From Glycera tridactyla (lineage: Eukaryota): a stretch of 64,000 bases of DNA. Below the pieces are notes generated by a model. The model made no database searches, was not told the DNA's origin, and saw only the letters and a list, made by a program, of their open reading frames with translations. Below are positions 51,992-64,000 of the stretch, in pieces (the first letter of the stretch is position 1; each line of letters opens with the position of its first letter). The stretch lies in assembly GCA_965644265.1 (NCBI GenBank), contig OZ286472.1, positions 55,366,001 through 55,430,000 on the forward strand. The letters are read 5' to 3'. A program made the translations under genes and the position numbers.

Positions 51992-54902
51992 CAGCATGTA
52001 CCAACACAAAAGGATCATGTGTGTCATGTGCTCCAGATCTTTGAAAGCTGGATGTTCTGTCCCTTGCAGGCATCACTCTCACAAACCCTGATCACAAGAT
52101 GACAGAGAACCAGAAAGGTGGTCAAGAACCTGTTTACAAATCATGTAACCAGATGGAGGCATATCATACAGGTGTCCCTGATGGATTCAAAACTATTTGA
52201 CCATAACGTATATTTGAAATGAAAGTTGGAATATTCTTTTAGGTTGCCAGGGCAACAAGAGACAAACCCTCGGTAACAAGGAAATCATTGCTGATGCAGC
52301 AATCATCAATTCTTCGAGTAACATTGATCCACGAGCCAACTTGGACATTTGCATTCAATGTTGCGGCAAGGAAGTGACAGTGAGTGTAGTTTCATGGGGG
52401 GCTACAACTACCAGTTGATGTGGTCTGCACGCTCAAGGTGTGACGCTGATACGGAATCTGATAATTTGTCAGGGTAATCAGCCAATCAGCAGGCTGCAGT
52501 AGTACGCAGTAAAACTCCACTCACTCCTCGCCCCATCGAGCGAGTTCATGGTCATCAAACGCAGGAAAACACCCGCATTAATCCACTGCAAATACCGCCA
52601 ATATCACCTGTATGGCTGTACGTGCGTGCGTCTGTCTACATGCAGACACATAACAATTTAATAGGACTCCCGGCTAACACAGACTGCCCATATATATATG
52701 ACCCTTTGAATTAAGCATTGGATAATTTCACCAGCAAAAGTATGCTATGGCAAGAATGCATGATTTTGGGATGGAATTGACTTGCGGTAAACTGAGCTCT
52801 TGAACTCAAATATGAAGAGCCCTGGGAAAAATCTAGCATCTTGAATAGGACACCTGATTCTTCGGTACTTTGGTTGCTCAAAATATCCTATGTACATGGG
52901 GAATTGTAGCCTCACATAAGCAGAAATGCCTATGATGACAGACCATCCCAAATGTAAGCAATAGGTTGTCTTTGAACAGAGGTGCTCTCTTGTTGGAGAA
53001 ACCTGGGATCAATGAATCTGAAGAGAGACCACCTGTGAAAGAAGACTGCTTCTTCAGGACAGCTTCATTATTTGACTTTGGTCGAATATATTCCATAGGA
53101 GAGACCATCTCTTCTGAGATTCATGTACCACTCTCTCTTGACATTTAGATGAGCTTTCATTGCAGTTTCCATGTGCCATTTCAGTTTCATGGGATGTCCC
53201 TAAACCAAGCAATCTAATTGATTCTGCATGACTTCTCAGTCGATATCATCTCATTCTGGTTTGTATCGATAAAACAGATGCTGGTTATATTTCTGCCATG
53301 AGCATCTCAACTGACAGACCCTTAGCGCCATGACCTTTGAGGAGAATCCCGCCGAAGGTGAGTGGCCAGATGTGACAAGCGAGTACTAAACCTCCATCGC
53401 GGAGGCCATAAGCCGCAAATACCTATTATGCCACTGAATGGAAGTGTGCATGAGCTGGCGCAAACACTTCTTCGTTATGGTCGACAATATCAATTTGTGC
53501 TGATGCTTATGCAATGTGCCACAATTTGTAGTAAGCACCTCTCAAGAGAAGGTCGTATCCCGTAATGGGATTATCTCAAACTGATTCCATAACTCATTCA
53601 TGCCTTCTCCAACCTTTCCACCCTCGTGCTGATTCTCATGAAAGTGATAGTTGCATGATTGATTTGTTTGTTCATCACTTGGTCGCTTCATGTCCACCAA
53701 GACCAATAACGTGACATGGTGAAAGTTGAATTTTCTCTTTGGAGACATCACCCTCATTGACTGTGAATACAAACGGTGTGAACATCACAATTCACACACA
53801 CTCTTACTCATATCACAAATTACGTGGCCTAGATCCCCAAAATGTCATGAATAAATTGAAACCCAATGCTTCAGCACACTGTTTTGCAGGTTGGTTGATT
53901 GGTTGATTGGTCAGTTGATTGGTTGATTGGAATTCAACAGCATGTATCAGACTGATTGATTATGTATTGCATGTGATCAATAAGAGAGGGATTGTCTGCA
54001 CTATTGTCACCCCAACTGCTGCCACCAGCAACACCTCAACATCACAAGAAAACAGATGAAAGCCCCACTGAAACCATCCTCAATAGCAAACCATTATGGC
54101 CAGGTTCTTATATCTATATGTCTTTCGCTTCCCAACATCTTTCTCCTTTTACAGTTGGAATCCCTCCCAATTTCATAAGCCATGTCATTCTCCAGACCCC
54201 AACACGCCTAATCTGTCTTTTCAAGTGTTGGTTGTAGCCGAATTGACTAACAATCAAAACAATACGTCCCGATATAGCAATTCCCAAAACTGGTACGAAT
54301 CCATATCGCTAGTACAGAACTATCTCAAACGTCTAGGGCAATGTCACTCACCATAGTCAGATCTATATGGCTTGTATCATTACAGGAACATCATATCAAC
54401 AAGGTCTGGGTACAAAGTGATTTGTGACAGAGGGAGAGGTTGATCACTACCAGATAATTTCCTCGAGGTTCTAACATGGGGCGAGAGTCAATAGTTCTCC
54501 CTGATAATGCATTCCATGCCCTACAAACCTGCACTAATCGTCGACAGGAGACCAATCATGGCAGGCTTTAACATCCTATCTATAACAGTCATAGCATTGA
54601 GAACGGGCTATTAGCTGCTTCTTACACACAGGACTACAACATGACTATCGACCAGAGTTGACAAAACTGGGCACCTCCAGTTCTTAACCAGCTATGATGA
54701 TAATGTAAAAATGTAACGGTTTAGACTTGTATTCCTGATATACCATGGAAGTCAACCATTGATCAATAATTAAATATGATGCCCACTCTCAAGGGTAATG
54801 TTTAAAGTACAGTCGAACCTCTCTATAAAGACCGCCTTCGGTTGCATCAAAAAGTGGTCTTTATAGACAGGTGGTCTTTATAGAGAGGTCATTTACTGTT
54901 AA

Positions 54903-56546
54903 AACTAGAGCTATTGCCAAAGGCAAATTAATACCCCCCCTCGCCGCTATCAATGAAGGCGAATTGTGCCTTGTGACCTTGACATTCAGCCTCATGACGC
55001 CAAAAGTAATGATCGCATCATAAAACCCGGAACTTATGTGAAATAGATAGCGACGCACTGTTCACATACCAAATATCAAAGCAATTGCTCAAGAATTGAG
55101 GTCAGGGAGCCGAAAATGTGATTTCCAGTGAATTGACCTCCTGTGACCTTGACGTTTGACCTAGTGACCCCAAAATCGATAGGGTTCTTTTGCTTAGTAT
55201 GGGTAATGTGTCCCTGTAATATGGAATCAATAAGCAAGGCAAACTTGAGAAATCATACGGAAACCAAATGTGTGCCTGCAATATGAAATTGATAAGGGAA
55301 GGCAGACTCAAGATATCATCCGGAAACCATTCCACCTACACACAGGCTGCTTATAAATGAGTTGTGACATGACACCAAAAGTAATGATCGCATCATAAAA
55401 CCCGGAACTTATGTGGAATAGATAGCGACACACTGTTCACATACCAAATATCACAGCGATTGCTCAAGAATTGAGGTCAGGGGAGCCGAAAATGTGATTT
55501 GACCTCCCATGACCTTGACCTTTGACCTAGTGATCCCAAAATTGATAGGGTTCTTTTGCTTAGTATGGGTAATGTGTCCCTGTAATATGGAATCAATAAG
55601 CAAGGCAAACTTGAGAAATCATCCGGAAACCATTCTGCCTACACACTGGCAGCTTGTACATACATGGATTGTATTAGTGACCTTAACATTCAGCCCCATG
55701 ACGCCAAAAGTAACAATTGCATCATAAAACCCGGAACTTATGTGAAATAGATACTGACACACTGTTCACATACCAAATATGAAAGCAAATACTCGAAAAT
55801 TTAGGTCAGAGGAGCCGAAGATGTGATTTCCCATGAAATGACCTCCTGTGACCTTGACCTATGACCTAGTGACCCCAAAAACAATAGGGTTCCTCCTCCA
55901 TGGTTCATACAAGGTTCTTACCAAAAAATTCCAGAAATTTTCCAGAACATTTCCAGTACACCATGAAGAATTTCCAGAACACACACTACCAATAAATTCA
56001 TGGTTTTCGGAATGAATGCCTCATAATTAATGGTGATCTTACATGTGCAGCATCAGCGACTAGAGGTAGTATGTCTGAACCACTGAGTTTTCTGAAAATT
56101 TTTCCATTATGATGGTGATCATGATTTTTCTTGGTGGTCATTTTGAGATCTATCAGAACTATTGATGTCTACAGTGTGCACTGTCAATCAGCAAAAATGA
56201 GTGAAATTACTAGGTTTTTGCTGATCTCCAGAACATAGGTACAAGTTCCAGAGTGCAAATCTCAAAATTCCAGTATTTTTCCAGAACAGTAAAGTGAAAA
56301 ACATGTTTTCCAGAACATTTCCAGTATAGGTAATGATTTCCAGAACATTTCCAGAGTCTTTGCGAACCTTGTCCTCTCTATATGGGTGATGTGTATATGT
56401 AATATAAAATCAATGAGTGAAGGCAAACTTGAGATATCATCCGGAAAAGACTCCGTCTACAGACAGATGGACAGACAGACAGACGGACAGACGGACGGGG
56501 TGATTCCAGTATACCCCCCTAACTTCGTTTGGGGGGGGGGGGTAAA
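54903..56546 (-). mobile_element. Helentron-type HINE, second family (Pearl/DINE-1-like)
   Basis: Hairpin TTGCCAAAGGCAA, subTIR TACCCCCCC, ~330-375-bp internal repeats rich in TGACCTTGACC, (GACA/GACG)n microsatellite, terminal IR TATACCCCCC..GGGGGGTA, A-run insertion site. Confidence 0.8.
55899..56371. mobile_element. CAGGGTTC-family MITE with 5-bp TSD TCCTC nested inside the HINE
   Basis: TCCTC|CATGGTTCATAC ... GCGAACCTTG|TCCTC; TTCCAGAAC subterminal repeats as in 17659-18494. Confidence 0.75.
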
Positions 56547-56907
56547 AATACTATCACGGTCGCAGCTCAGGGTGGTCTTTATAGGCAGGTGGTCTTTATA
56601 GAGAGGTGGTCTTTAGAGCAGGTTCGACTGTACAGTAAAACCTCTCTCGGGAGACCAGCCCAAATGCCAAGCACAAGCGGTCTCTTGAGAGGTGGTCTCT
56701 CATCAGAGGTATATCTGACTATGGCAAATGGAAATAAACTGAGATGCAAATATTTTTTACCCAAAAGAGTTATCATTACTTCAAAATCATATTGTTTGCC
56801 ATCTCTCACATATTTGCCTGGACTTAACAATTACAATTCCTCAGCAGGCCTAGTCAAATTTAGGCCTTATCTCAATTCCTTAGGGGAGATCATAACCCAT
56901 GATACAG

Positions 56908-57314
56908 CAGGGTGAGAAGAGATAGCTGCCCGCCTGCCCAGGGCAGGTAGATATTCCTAGTGGGCAGGTAGAATCAAATCAAATCAAATCAAATAAACTT
57001 TATTTTAACTCGTAATACAAGTATGCAATTAATTGAACAGAATTTTTTCCGGCATACACGAGCGGGAAGTGTCAGGTAGCGGAAGTATGTACATATATAC
57101 AACGTCATAAGAAAATGAATAAATAAGCAAATGAAATATCGTGTATCTATCATTTCTTGTTATAGGTTTGACATACACGCACACATATACTCGCAGACTC
57201 ATATCCTAAAGAATTGAAAATCACACCACATTATGAATGACTTGCATATATATAAGCAGGGCAGATTGATTTTCCAGGTGGGCAGGTTGATTTTCCTGAT
57301 GTCTTCTCACCCTG
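56908..57314. mobile_element. MITE with CAGGGTGAGAAGA TIR and 5-bp TSD TACAG, containing a LINE 3' fragment
   Basis: TACAG|CAGGGTGAGAAGA ... TCTTCTCACCCTG|TACAG; internal (AAATC)n-AATAAACTTTATT at 56972 is a reverse-strand LINE-type tail. Confidence 0.75.
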
Positions 57315-59307
57315 TACAGTGACTTACACATGCAATTACATGCATACTCTGGTGAAATGGGGTGTTGTAGGGTACAGAGGTTCTGCACAGTTACCTCAAC
57401 ACAAATGTGCCCCCATTGGCTGAAGCACAGATAATAGATTTGTGTAAGATGTCCAGTATCAAATGGTCAACCATGGCAATCTTGGTCACCCACCAACGTA
57501 GTGACAGATCTGTTCCTAACTGCATAACAATCTGTGTAAGTGTAGGTGGCCAATGAGTGATAAAGTACAGTCAAACTTGCCCAAGAGAGTAATGCATGGT
57601 TGCAAGGACAAAAGGTCTTCACAGACAGGTGCCTCTAAATAGAGATGGCTTATACTGTAAACTACAATCATAGTCATATCTAAAAAGTGGCCAACTTTTC
57701 ATACATTGACCAGTATCAGCAAATAAAAGTGAAAATACAGTTGAACCTTTCAACAAAGACCACTCTTAGTAGGCAAGTAGCCTTATTACTGTCTCATCTT
57801 GAGGTGGCCTTTGAAGGCATGTCACCTTTGTATAGTGGTGGTGTGTTGAGCAGGTTCGACACTACTACAGTGAGAAACAATAAGTATGGTTGCCAAAGAC
57901 AGTTTGATGCTAAGTTCAGGGCAGAAAGGTTAAGGCAGGCTAATATGAGCTGTTGAAAAGTCCATTCATGAAGAAAAAGCTGGAATGAGCTTTCAAGGCT
58001 AATGACCCATGTACCAAGAACCCTAAATGGTAATTTATGGTTCATTAAAACTGCATTCGGACATGGCAAACCTTCATACACTCTCCTGTAACCACAACCG
58101 CAGAATCACCTATGGCAAATTTGGCTTGTGCTCCTCTTATACATGACATCATGTGAGAAGTCATAGCCCAGACAGGTCAATATCTAGGGTGGGCAGCTAG
58201 ATTTTCAAATTACCTACATGGTGGACTGGTGGAACTTGATACATACATTATTTCGGGGAGGGCTGATAGAATCCAACAAATCAGCTTTCCCAAAAAGCTG
58301 TACCTGCTATGTGAGCAGGTAAACTTTGCAATCCACCAGCCCTCTTGGAAAAGCATGCCCATTTGGCTGGTGGGCCATGTTAGTTCATTTCACTGTGTTC
58401 ACAAGCTTCTGATGAAGAAGCCATTATGAATACAATCCTGCACTTGCATGCTACTATTGACATGCATTCACTCTATTGAATGAACAACTACCCTGATTTC
58501 AGCCCATAAACAGCCAAATCTGCAAAAAAAGACCCCAAAAAGAACAAACCTCCAATGAGAGACCACTTTTGCAGGGCAGCATTCCTATCTTTGGATATAC
58601 AGTGAAACCTGTCTGGGGAGACCCCTCTTTTGGGAGACCATCCTCTAATGGGAGACCACTCTTTATCGGCGCTTCTCTATTTGACGTAGTCAAATATACC
58701 TCCAATGTAAGACCACCTGTCTTGAGAGACCACTCTTAGCTGGCATTTGGGGCGGTCTCCCAAGACAGGTTTTACTGTACTTGCATAGCCAACCCTGCTT
58801 GGGACCACCTCTATACCAAGCCCACTTGCCTACAAAGACCACCCTGAACAGTGACCCTGATGGTATTTTCTTCAGTAACCTCTCAACAAAGGCCACCAGT
58901 CTACAAGTACTGCTTTTCTATGCAGCCAATAGTGGTCTTCATGGACAGGTTGTACTGTACCTCAGACAATGGACCACCTCATATGGGATACCACATTCTA
59001 GTGTTGTTAAGGGTGGTAACGTTCTACAGGTTTTACTGTATATGTTCCATCACAGGTTACATGTATCAAGGGCCAGCCATGTGTATGCAAGTGAAAGAAC
59101 CACTGCTGCCCTTCAAAAAGAGTGAGGGATTGTCCCCGCCAGCGGTGCCTCTTTTCTTCAGCATCTTCCGTTTTTCAGTCAAAACTAACCCCCAAAAATT
59201 GAAAGAATGTCAAACCCACTCCCACAGAATTAAACAAATTTGTTGCAAGATCTGCTATGTGGAGGCTAACCACTAACTATGTAGATGAGCAAAATGTTCG
59301 CGCCTAC

Positions 59308-59480
59308 CTGTCCCAGTTGAAAAGTTGTATATTGAGAAGAATGGCGCGGAAGATGTTATTTCCCTGGAGAAGGATGGCCTCGGCATCTGATGGCTGTCCG
59401 CAGAACAGCGCCATCTCGGCGTTACGTGCCTCCTTTGATGGGATCTCCTTAATGTGCTGCAAGAACTGCACCTTGTCCGC
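59308..59480 (-). CDS. IFT80: Intraflagellar transport protein 80, internal exon (173 bp)
   Basis: ADKVQFLQHIKEIPSKEARNAEMALFCGQPSDAEAILLQGNNIFRAILLNIQLFNWDR matches the IFT80 C-terminal region; AG/GT splice sites. Confidence 0.92.
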
Positions 59481-60671
59481 CTACAAATTGAAGAAATTTG
59501 CTCATACAATACAACAGTCTTCGAATTTAGCCACTCTCCCGAATCCCGGGGAAAGTGAATTCGGTTTCGGGAGAGTGAAAAGATAAAACTCACTCTTCCG
59601 ATGGGAGAGGGTAAAGTTTCAGTCAATCGGAAAGTTATGGTTTATTGTGACGACAGAACAACATGGTTTTGATGCCTACAACAGAAAACCCTCTTTCCTG
59701 CAAGATGACTTTGTATATACCTGTACATATTTGATCCTGAAGAATGAACCTGTGCGAAATTGGTTTAGTGTTACTTAGATGGTCACTCACATGATGGATA
59801 ATTTGAAATTCACGTCATGATAAGGTGATTACTCACACAAATGTCTTGCTCTCAAGATAGCCTAGTTTGAGCTTGCTTTCCTTGCACTCTTTGAACAAAT
59901 TCGGGAGAGTGAATTTATTTTCGGGAGAGCGATTTTTCCAGTCTGCTCTCCCGATGGGAGAGTGGCTGGAAGAGTTTTTCGTGAAGACTGATACAAGACG
60001 AGGACAACTCGAAAGACAGAAACTGAGTATCCTCATCCTGCCACTCATCCCAGTGCTGCCAACTGGTTTCTCAAAGGCAAGCCATGCAGGGTTTCCAGAA
60101 TTGGGGCATTCACCGATACCCCCTTAGAGTTTAAGAAAAACAGGCTATTTCTTCACAAAATGATTGAAAATGGGTGTACACAATATGGAGTGATGGCAAC
60201 CCTCTGGGTGATGAACTGATGGACATTTGGGCTATTTATTGCCTTGAACAAGGGCCCACACTCAACAGACTGAGTGATATGTCCTCCCTCTGGATGCAAC
60301 CCTGGCCATGTGTATCAAGTGGTGGTGATTATCATGGTGGTGACAGATTATTTTTGTAGTACTTTCTATGTAAAAATGTATCAAACTGTATTGTATCTTT
60401 TTTCGAAATAAAGACCAATGACTGAGTCACAATTATGTGTATAATTTTTTGTTGTATTTATTTCACAACTGGCTTCTGGAAAATTTGGCTGGTGAGCCAT
60501 TTCTTTTTCTGGCAACCAAATCTGATTGGTGGCTACCAAACTTAAAAGTTCAGGAGTTGGCTCTGTGGAAAAACCCCGACATAGGGCCCTGGGTCTTAGG
60601 CTACTCACAAGACAGTCACATTTCACCCATCATTCATGCATTCATTCTATACTGAACGGACGACTACCTAC

Positions 60672-60761
60672 CTCATCAATGGCTGCATAGGCTACTTCAG
60701 CTGTTCCTAGTTCCTTCGCATAAGCAGCCATAGCTGCAAGACATGCCCAAAGTGAGTCTTC
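60672..60761 (-). CDS. IFT80: IFT80 internal exon (90 bp)
   Basis: EDSLWACLAAMAAYAKELGTAEVAYAAIDE; ttacag acceptor, gtaggt donor; phase 0/0. Confidence 0.95.
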
Positions 60762-61957
60762 CTGTAACAAGAAAATACAAACTAATATGTAATCTGGCAT
60801 ATATAAGCCAGATTTTTCACACCAAAATAAGAGCTGGTACCAAACAGGGGTTTCCCAAATTAGGGCATCTACCCCCACATCTATGAGAGAAGGGGAATTC
60901 ATCAAAGGAGTTCTTGAAATGGGTTCACTCAAGATTGGAAAGTGGGACCCAAGCACGGCGAAAATTGGAAGACTGCATTTAAGTTCACTAGTGAACATGA
61001 AGACTGTAATAAGTTCACTAGTGAACAGACAGGGAAGGGGGATCTGATAGGAAATTGATGCTATCTCCACAGTAATGGTCCTTAGCAACATTTAGTACCC
61101 AAGTACAGTCTAACCTGTCCTAAGCAGCAACTGTATTAAGCATCTACATTATGCCTTCCCAAAGGGTGGCGGCTTAGAACAGGTTTGACTGTACAATGCT
61201 ACGAAAAATACCAGTAGTGAGACCGATGGACTGTGTGATGGATAACAGATGACCTGCACGCTTTCGCAGTTCAAACCAGCTTCACAATCATGGCTTGCCT
61301 ATGCTTGCAGTACAATGCCATCACACAACCTAGTAAACCTAGTCGCAGCCCTAGTAGCCAAGAACTGGTGTGCCTGGTACCTGCGTTTTGCATAGTGACA
61401 ATAACTGCTACAGGCGAATCGTCAGCCACCTACACATGAGACCATTTCACTGAAGAAATAAGGAAGAGCTTAGAGGGATAGGAAAGAGGTCAAGGAAAAG
61501 GAATCTTGTGATAGTGCAATTTTGGTAGAAAATACGATTATTTGATCGATAATCAATTGCTCCTGAGACTGATTAATCGATAATCTCCTTTGCCACCGAG
61601 TCCGAGCACTAATACACATACATCAGAACTTCAAAATTTCCAGAAAGGTGATTGGGACATGAAATAGGAATATCATGAGGCATATTTCAAAATTATGATT
61701 CATCTTCCACCCATCCATGTTTAATTGGGGTGAGACCCACAGTAGGAGATATTGCTGGACTGGAAAGGCAAAGATTGTGGGTGAGGGACCTGAAGGTGAG
61801 ATACATGTGAGAACAACAATGACATTTCTCTTTTTAAGAAAAAAACAGTCCATCTAACTAATGCTTTTAACGGACTTCTGAACCAAATGTGAGACAGATA
61901 CCTTTGTTAGCAACTGTCAACTTGCGACTCTTTTAAAGCTAAATTACATCGAATTAC

Positions 61958-62129
61958 CTTCACGAAGCGACAAAGTCGTACGGCATCGTCCCACCGACCG
62001 CTATTGACGTAACTCTGCAGCAATGACGGGTACGGCGAGATGCCGGTTGACACGAGCGAACCTTCACCACGCCGCATCGTCACATGCTTCCCGAGGAAGG
62101 TCACCAACTGTAAATTCTTGCCAAACTCA
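61958..62129 (-). CDS. IFT80: IFT80 internal exon (172 bp)
   Basis: EFGKNLQLVTFLGKHVTMRRGEGSLVSTGISPYPSLLQSYVNSGRWDDAVRLCRFVK; tctag acceptor, gtaatt donor; phase 2/0. Confidence 0.95.
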
Positions 62130-63564
62130 CTAGAAGAGGATAGAAATCAAGACAATATAGTAGGGAACTAAGAATAAAGATCTCAATATCAGACTGTCTG
62201 GGTTGAAGACATGTTGAGTCCTACTCAATCGATAATCCTATTATCACTTAGGGTGAGGTTTTTAAAAATCAATTGCTTGGCTATATTGAGATGCCCATGC
62301 ATGAGATTGGCAGAGAAAAAACCAACCCATTGTAATCACTGTTGGCATATGAATCAAGAGGTACAGTTGAACCTGTTCAAGAGACAACCTGTGTGGAAGG
62401 CCACCCGCTTACAAAGGCCACCACAGCAGACTGCTGCTTGTTTGTTCTTTAGTATCATACATGTGCAGGTATGTCATCTCATAGGGAATAGGTTTTTTTA
62501 TTGGTGAAGTCAAAACTGTGGTGTCCTGTAACAATAAAAATAAATGTATCCCTCTTTGATCGAAGGACAAATTTACACTCTCCCATCAGCACAGTGGGTT
62601 TGGTCTTTTCACTCTCCCAAAACCATATTCACTCTTCCAGGGTTCCACGAGAGTGGCTAAGTTCTGAGACTGGGATCACTCATGGCAGATTCTATTACAT
62701 TCTACCGTTACAACAGACAAACAGAACCATAGAATAAGGGAAACAGCTCGGTATGAATTGATGAGGATGCTCCGGATTATGATCTACTTTAGTGGCTCAG
62801 AAAAAGTAACGACCGAATACAGAAAAGTCCAATCTCGGCCAATGTTATGATAATCCTCTTTATCGCTACACATGGTCGCTTAAACTGTGATATTTTACGT
62901 CGGCGAAATCAATGAGAGGTCGGGGGCAGGGATGCAAATAGTAGATTTACACCAACCATTGAATCTATTAGTAGCATCGGCGAGGCGTACAATATGCATA
63001 TTTCTACATACTGGATGAGGCCACTTGTCGGAGTCGAGCCCCGCCGTTATGGCAACAACGACCTTGTGAGGTCAGCCATGTGTCGGACGGAGGTGACTGG
63101 CCCCCGAGACCCCCTGTGCGATGCCATACATTTGGCAAAGCAGACCTTCTAATTGTTGATCGCAACCAGTGCAAAATTGAATCAGGGACTTCTCAATGTC
63201 AACGCGGGCTGACGCTGATGGCCGAGTGAATGGGGCACAGGGGTGACTAATATATTGCGGGGCAGCATTACCAGACAGTACAGTTAGCCTGGATGGCACA
63301 AAGTGGCTACACTGAATGACGGGCGACTCACAACGCCAGGTTAACCCATATCAGCAACATCTCACAATCCTGCTGAGCACAGCATCCACAGCTGCAAGCT
63401 TTTGCTCCAATCTCTGATCATAGATAATGATACTTATACTAATGATATCATTGATTGATATCAAAATTAATAAATAAGATATAAAATATATATCAAAAAT
63501 AATAATGATGATGATAAGTATTAGTATCATTATCATTATTCTCATATTAACAATAATGATATCT

Positions 63565-63569
<5 letters not shown>

Positions 63570-63628
<59 letters not shown>
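63570..63628. repeat. (TAA)n microsatellite within a larger AT-rich low-complexity tract (63420-63630)
   Basis: Direct inspection. Confidence 0.95.
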
Positions 63629-63630
<2 letters not shown>

Positions 63631-63976
63631 GTGTAGATGGAGCATCAAAACAAGAACCATTGCACCTTGTATTCTTTAATGAAACTCCTTGGTAGCACAG
63701 GTAAGCTCTGGCAGAGGGATCCCTACCGATTTCCAGAAAGCGTTCCAAACCAAGGTGGGGTTTTGTTGGTCTTAGGGAATGAACTACTCAAGCTACCAGG
63801 GAGCAGAAGCTGCTCTGGTTGGAGAATTCATATCTGAAGTAGGGTGCTGGGGTTCAGTGTATATGGCTCTCAAGGATCACTTAGGATGAGATACAAATTG
63901 AGCATATAGTTAAGATAAAAAATACTTCAGCATGCTAATGTCGATTTTCGCCATAGAGCTAAGAGTCAACACCTAC

Positions 63977-64000
63977 CTTGGGTCCTTCTCATATATAGTT
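63977..64000 (-). CDS. IFT80: IFT80 exon, 3' end only (runs off the window)
   Basis: TIYEKDP-AG|gtaggt; phase-2 donor joins the T of the 62129 exon to give Ser, matching IFT80 TLYERDAS. Confidence 0.85.

Larger units (their letters stand above)
54810..56630. mobile_element. CAGTCGAACC MITE split by a HINE insertion
   Basis: Left half ends TTTACTGTTAAAA, right half resumes AATACTATCACGGTCGCAGCTC; collinear with the intact copy at 38296. Confidence 0.85.

Noticed and set aside
60642-61091. 149-aa ORF as a full protein
   Set aside because: Only 60672-60761 is IFT80 exon; the rest is intron read in frame

Overview
Eukaryotic (invertebrate-like, AT-rich, apparently CpG-depleted) scaffold sequence with four N-gaps. 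About 59 kb is dense transposon-derived DNA. The only host gene I recognise is IFT80 on the minus strand at the right end: four spliced exons (63977-64000 partial, 61958-62129, 60672-60761, 59308-59480). I could not find its last two exons in the window. Main mobile elements: (i) a CR1/L2-group LINE with an N-terminal 2A-like (GDVEMNPGP) motif, whose otherwise open ORF2 is split by a Helentron-type non-autonomous element (HINE) carrying 147-bp tandem repeats; (ii) a second copy of that HINE family and a third, different HINE in a three-level nest; (iii) a 5'-truncated but open Penelope-like element (RT + GIY-YIG) with a 13-bp TSD, an inverted 5' segment and a minimal hammerhead ribozyme with a swapped G3-C8 core pair; (iv) an older, opposite-strand Penelope remnant with a canonical-core hammerhead; (v) a 5 x 1.22-kb tandem array; (vi) a tRNA-derived SINE; and (vii) many MITEs with TA, 5-bp, 6-bp and 7-bp target-site duplications. 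Most short ORFs in the track are spurious. All calls come from reading the sequence; no searches were run.
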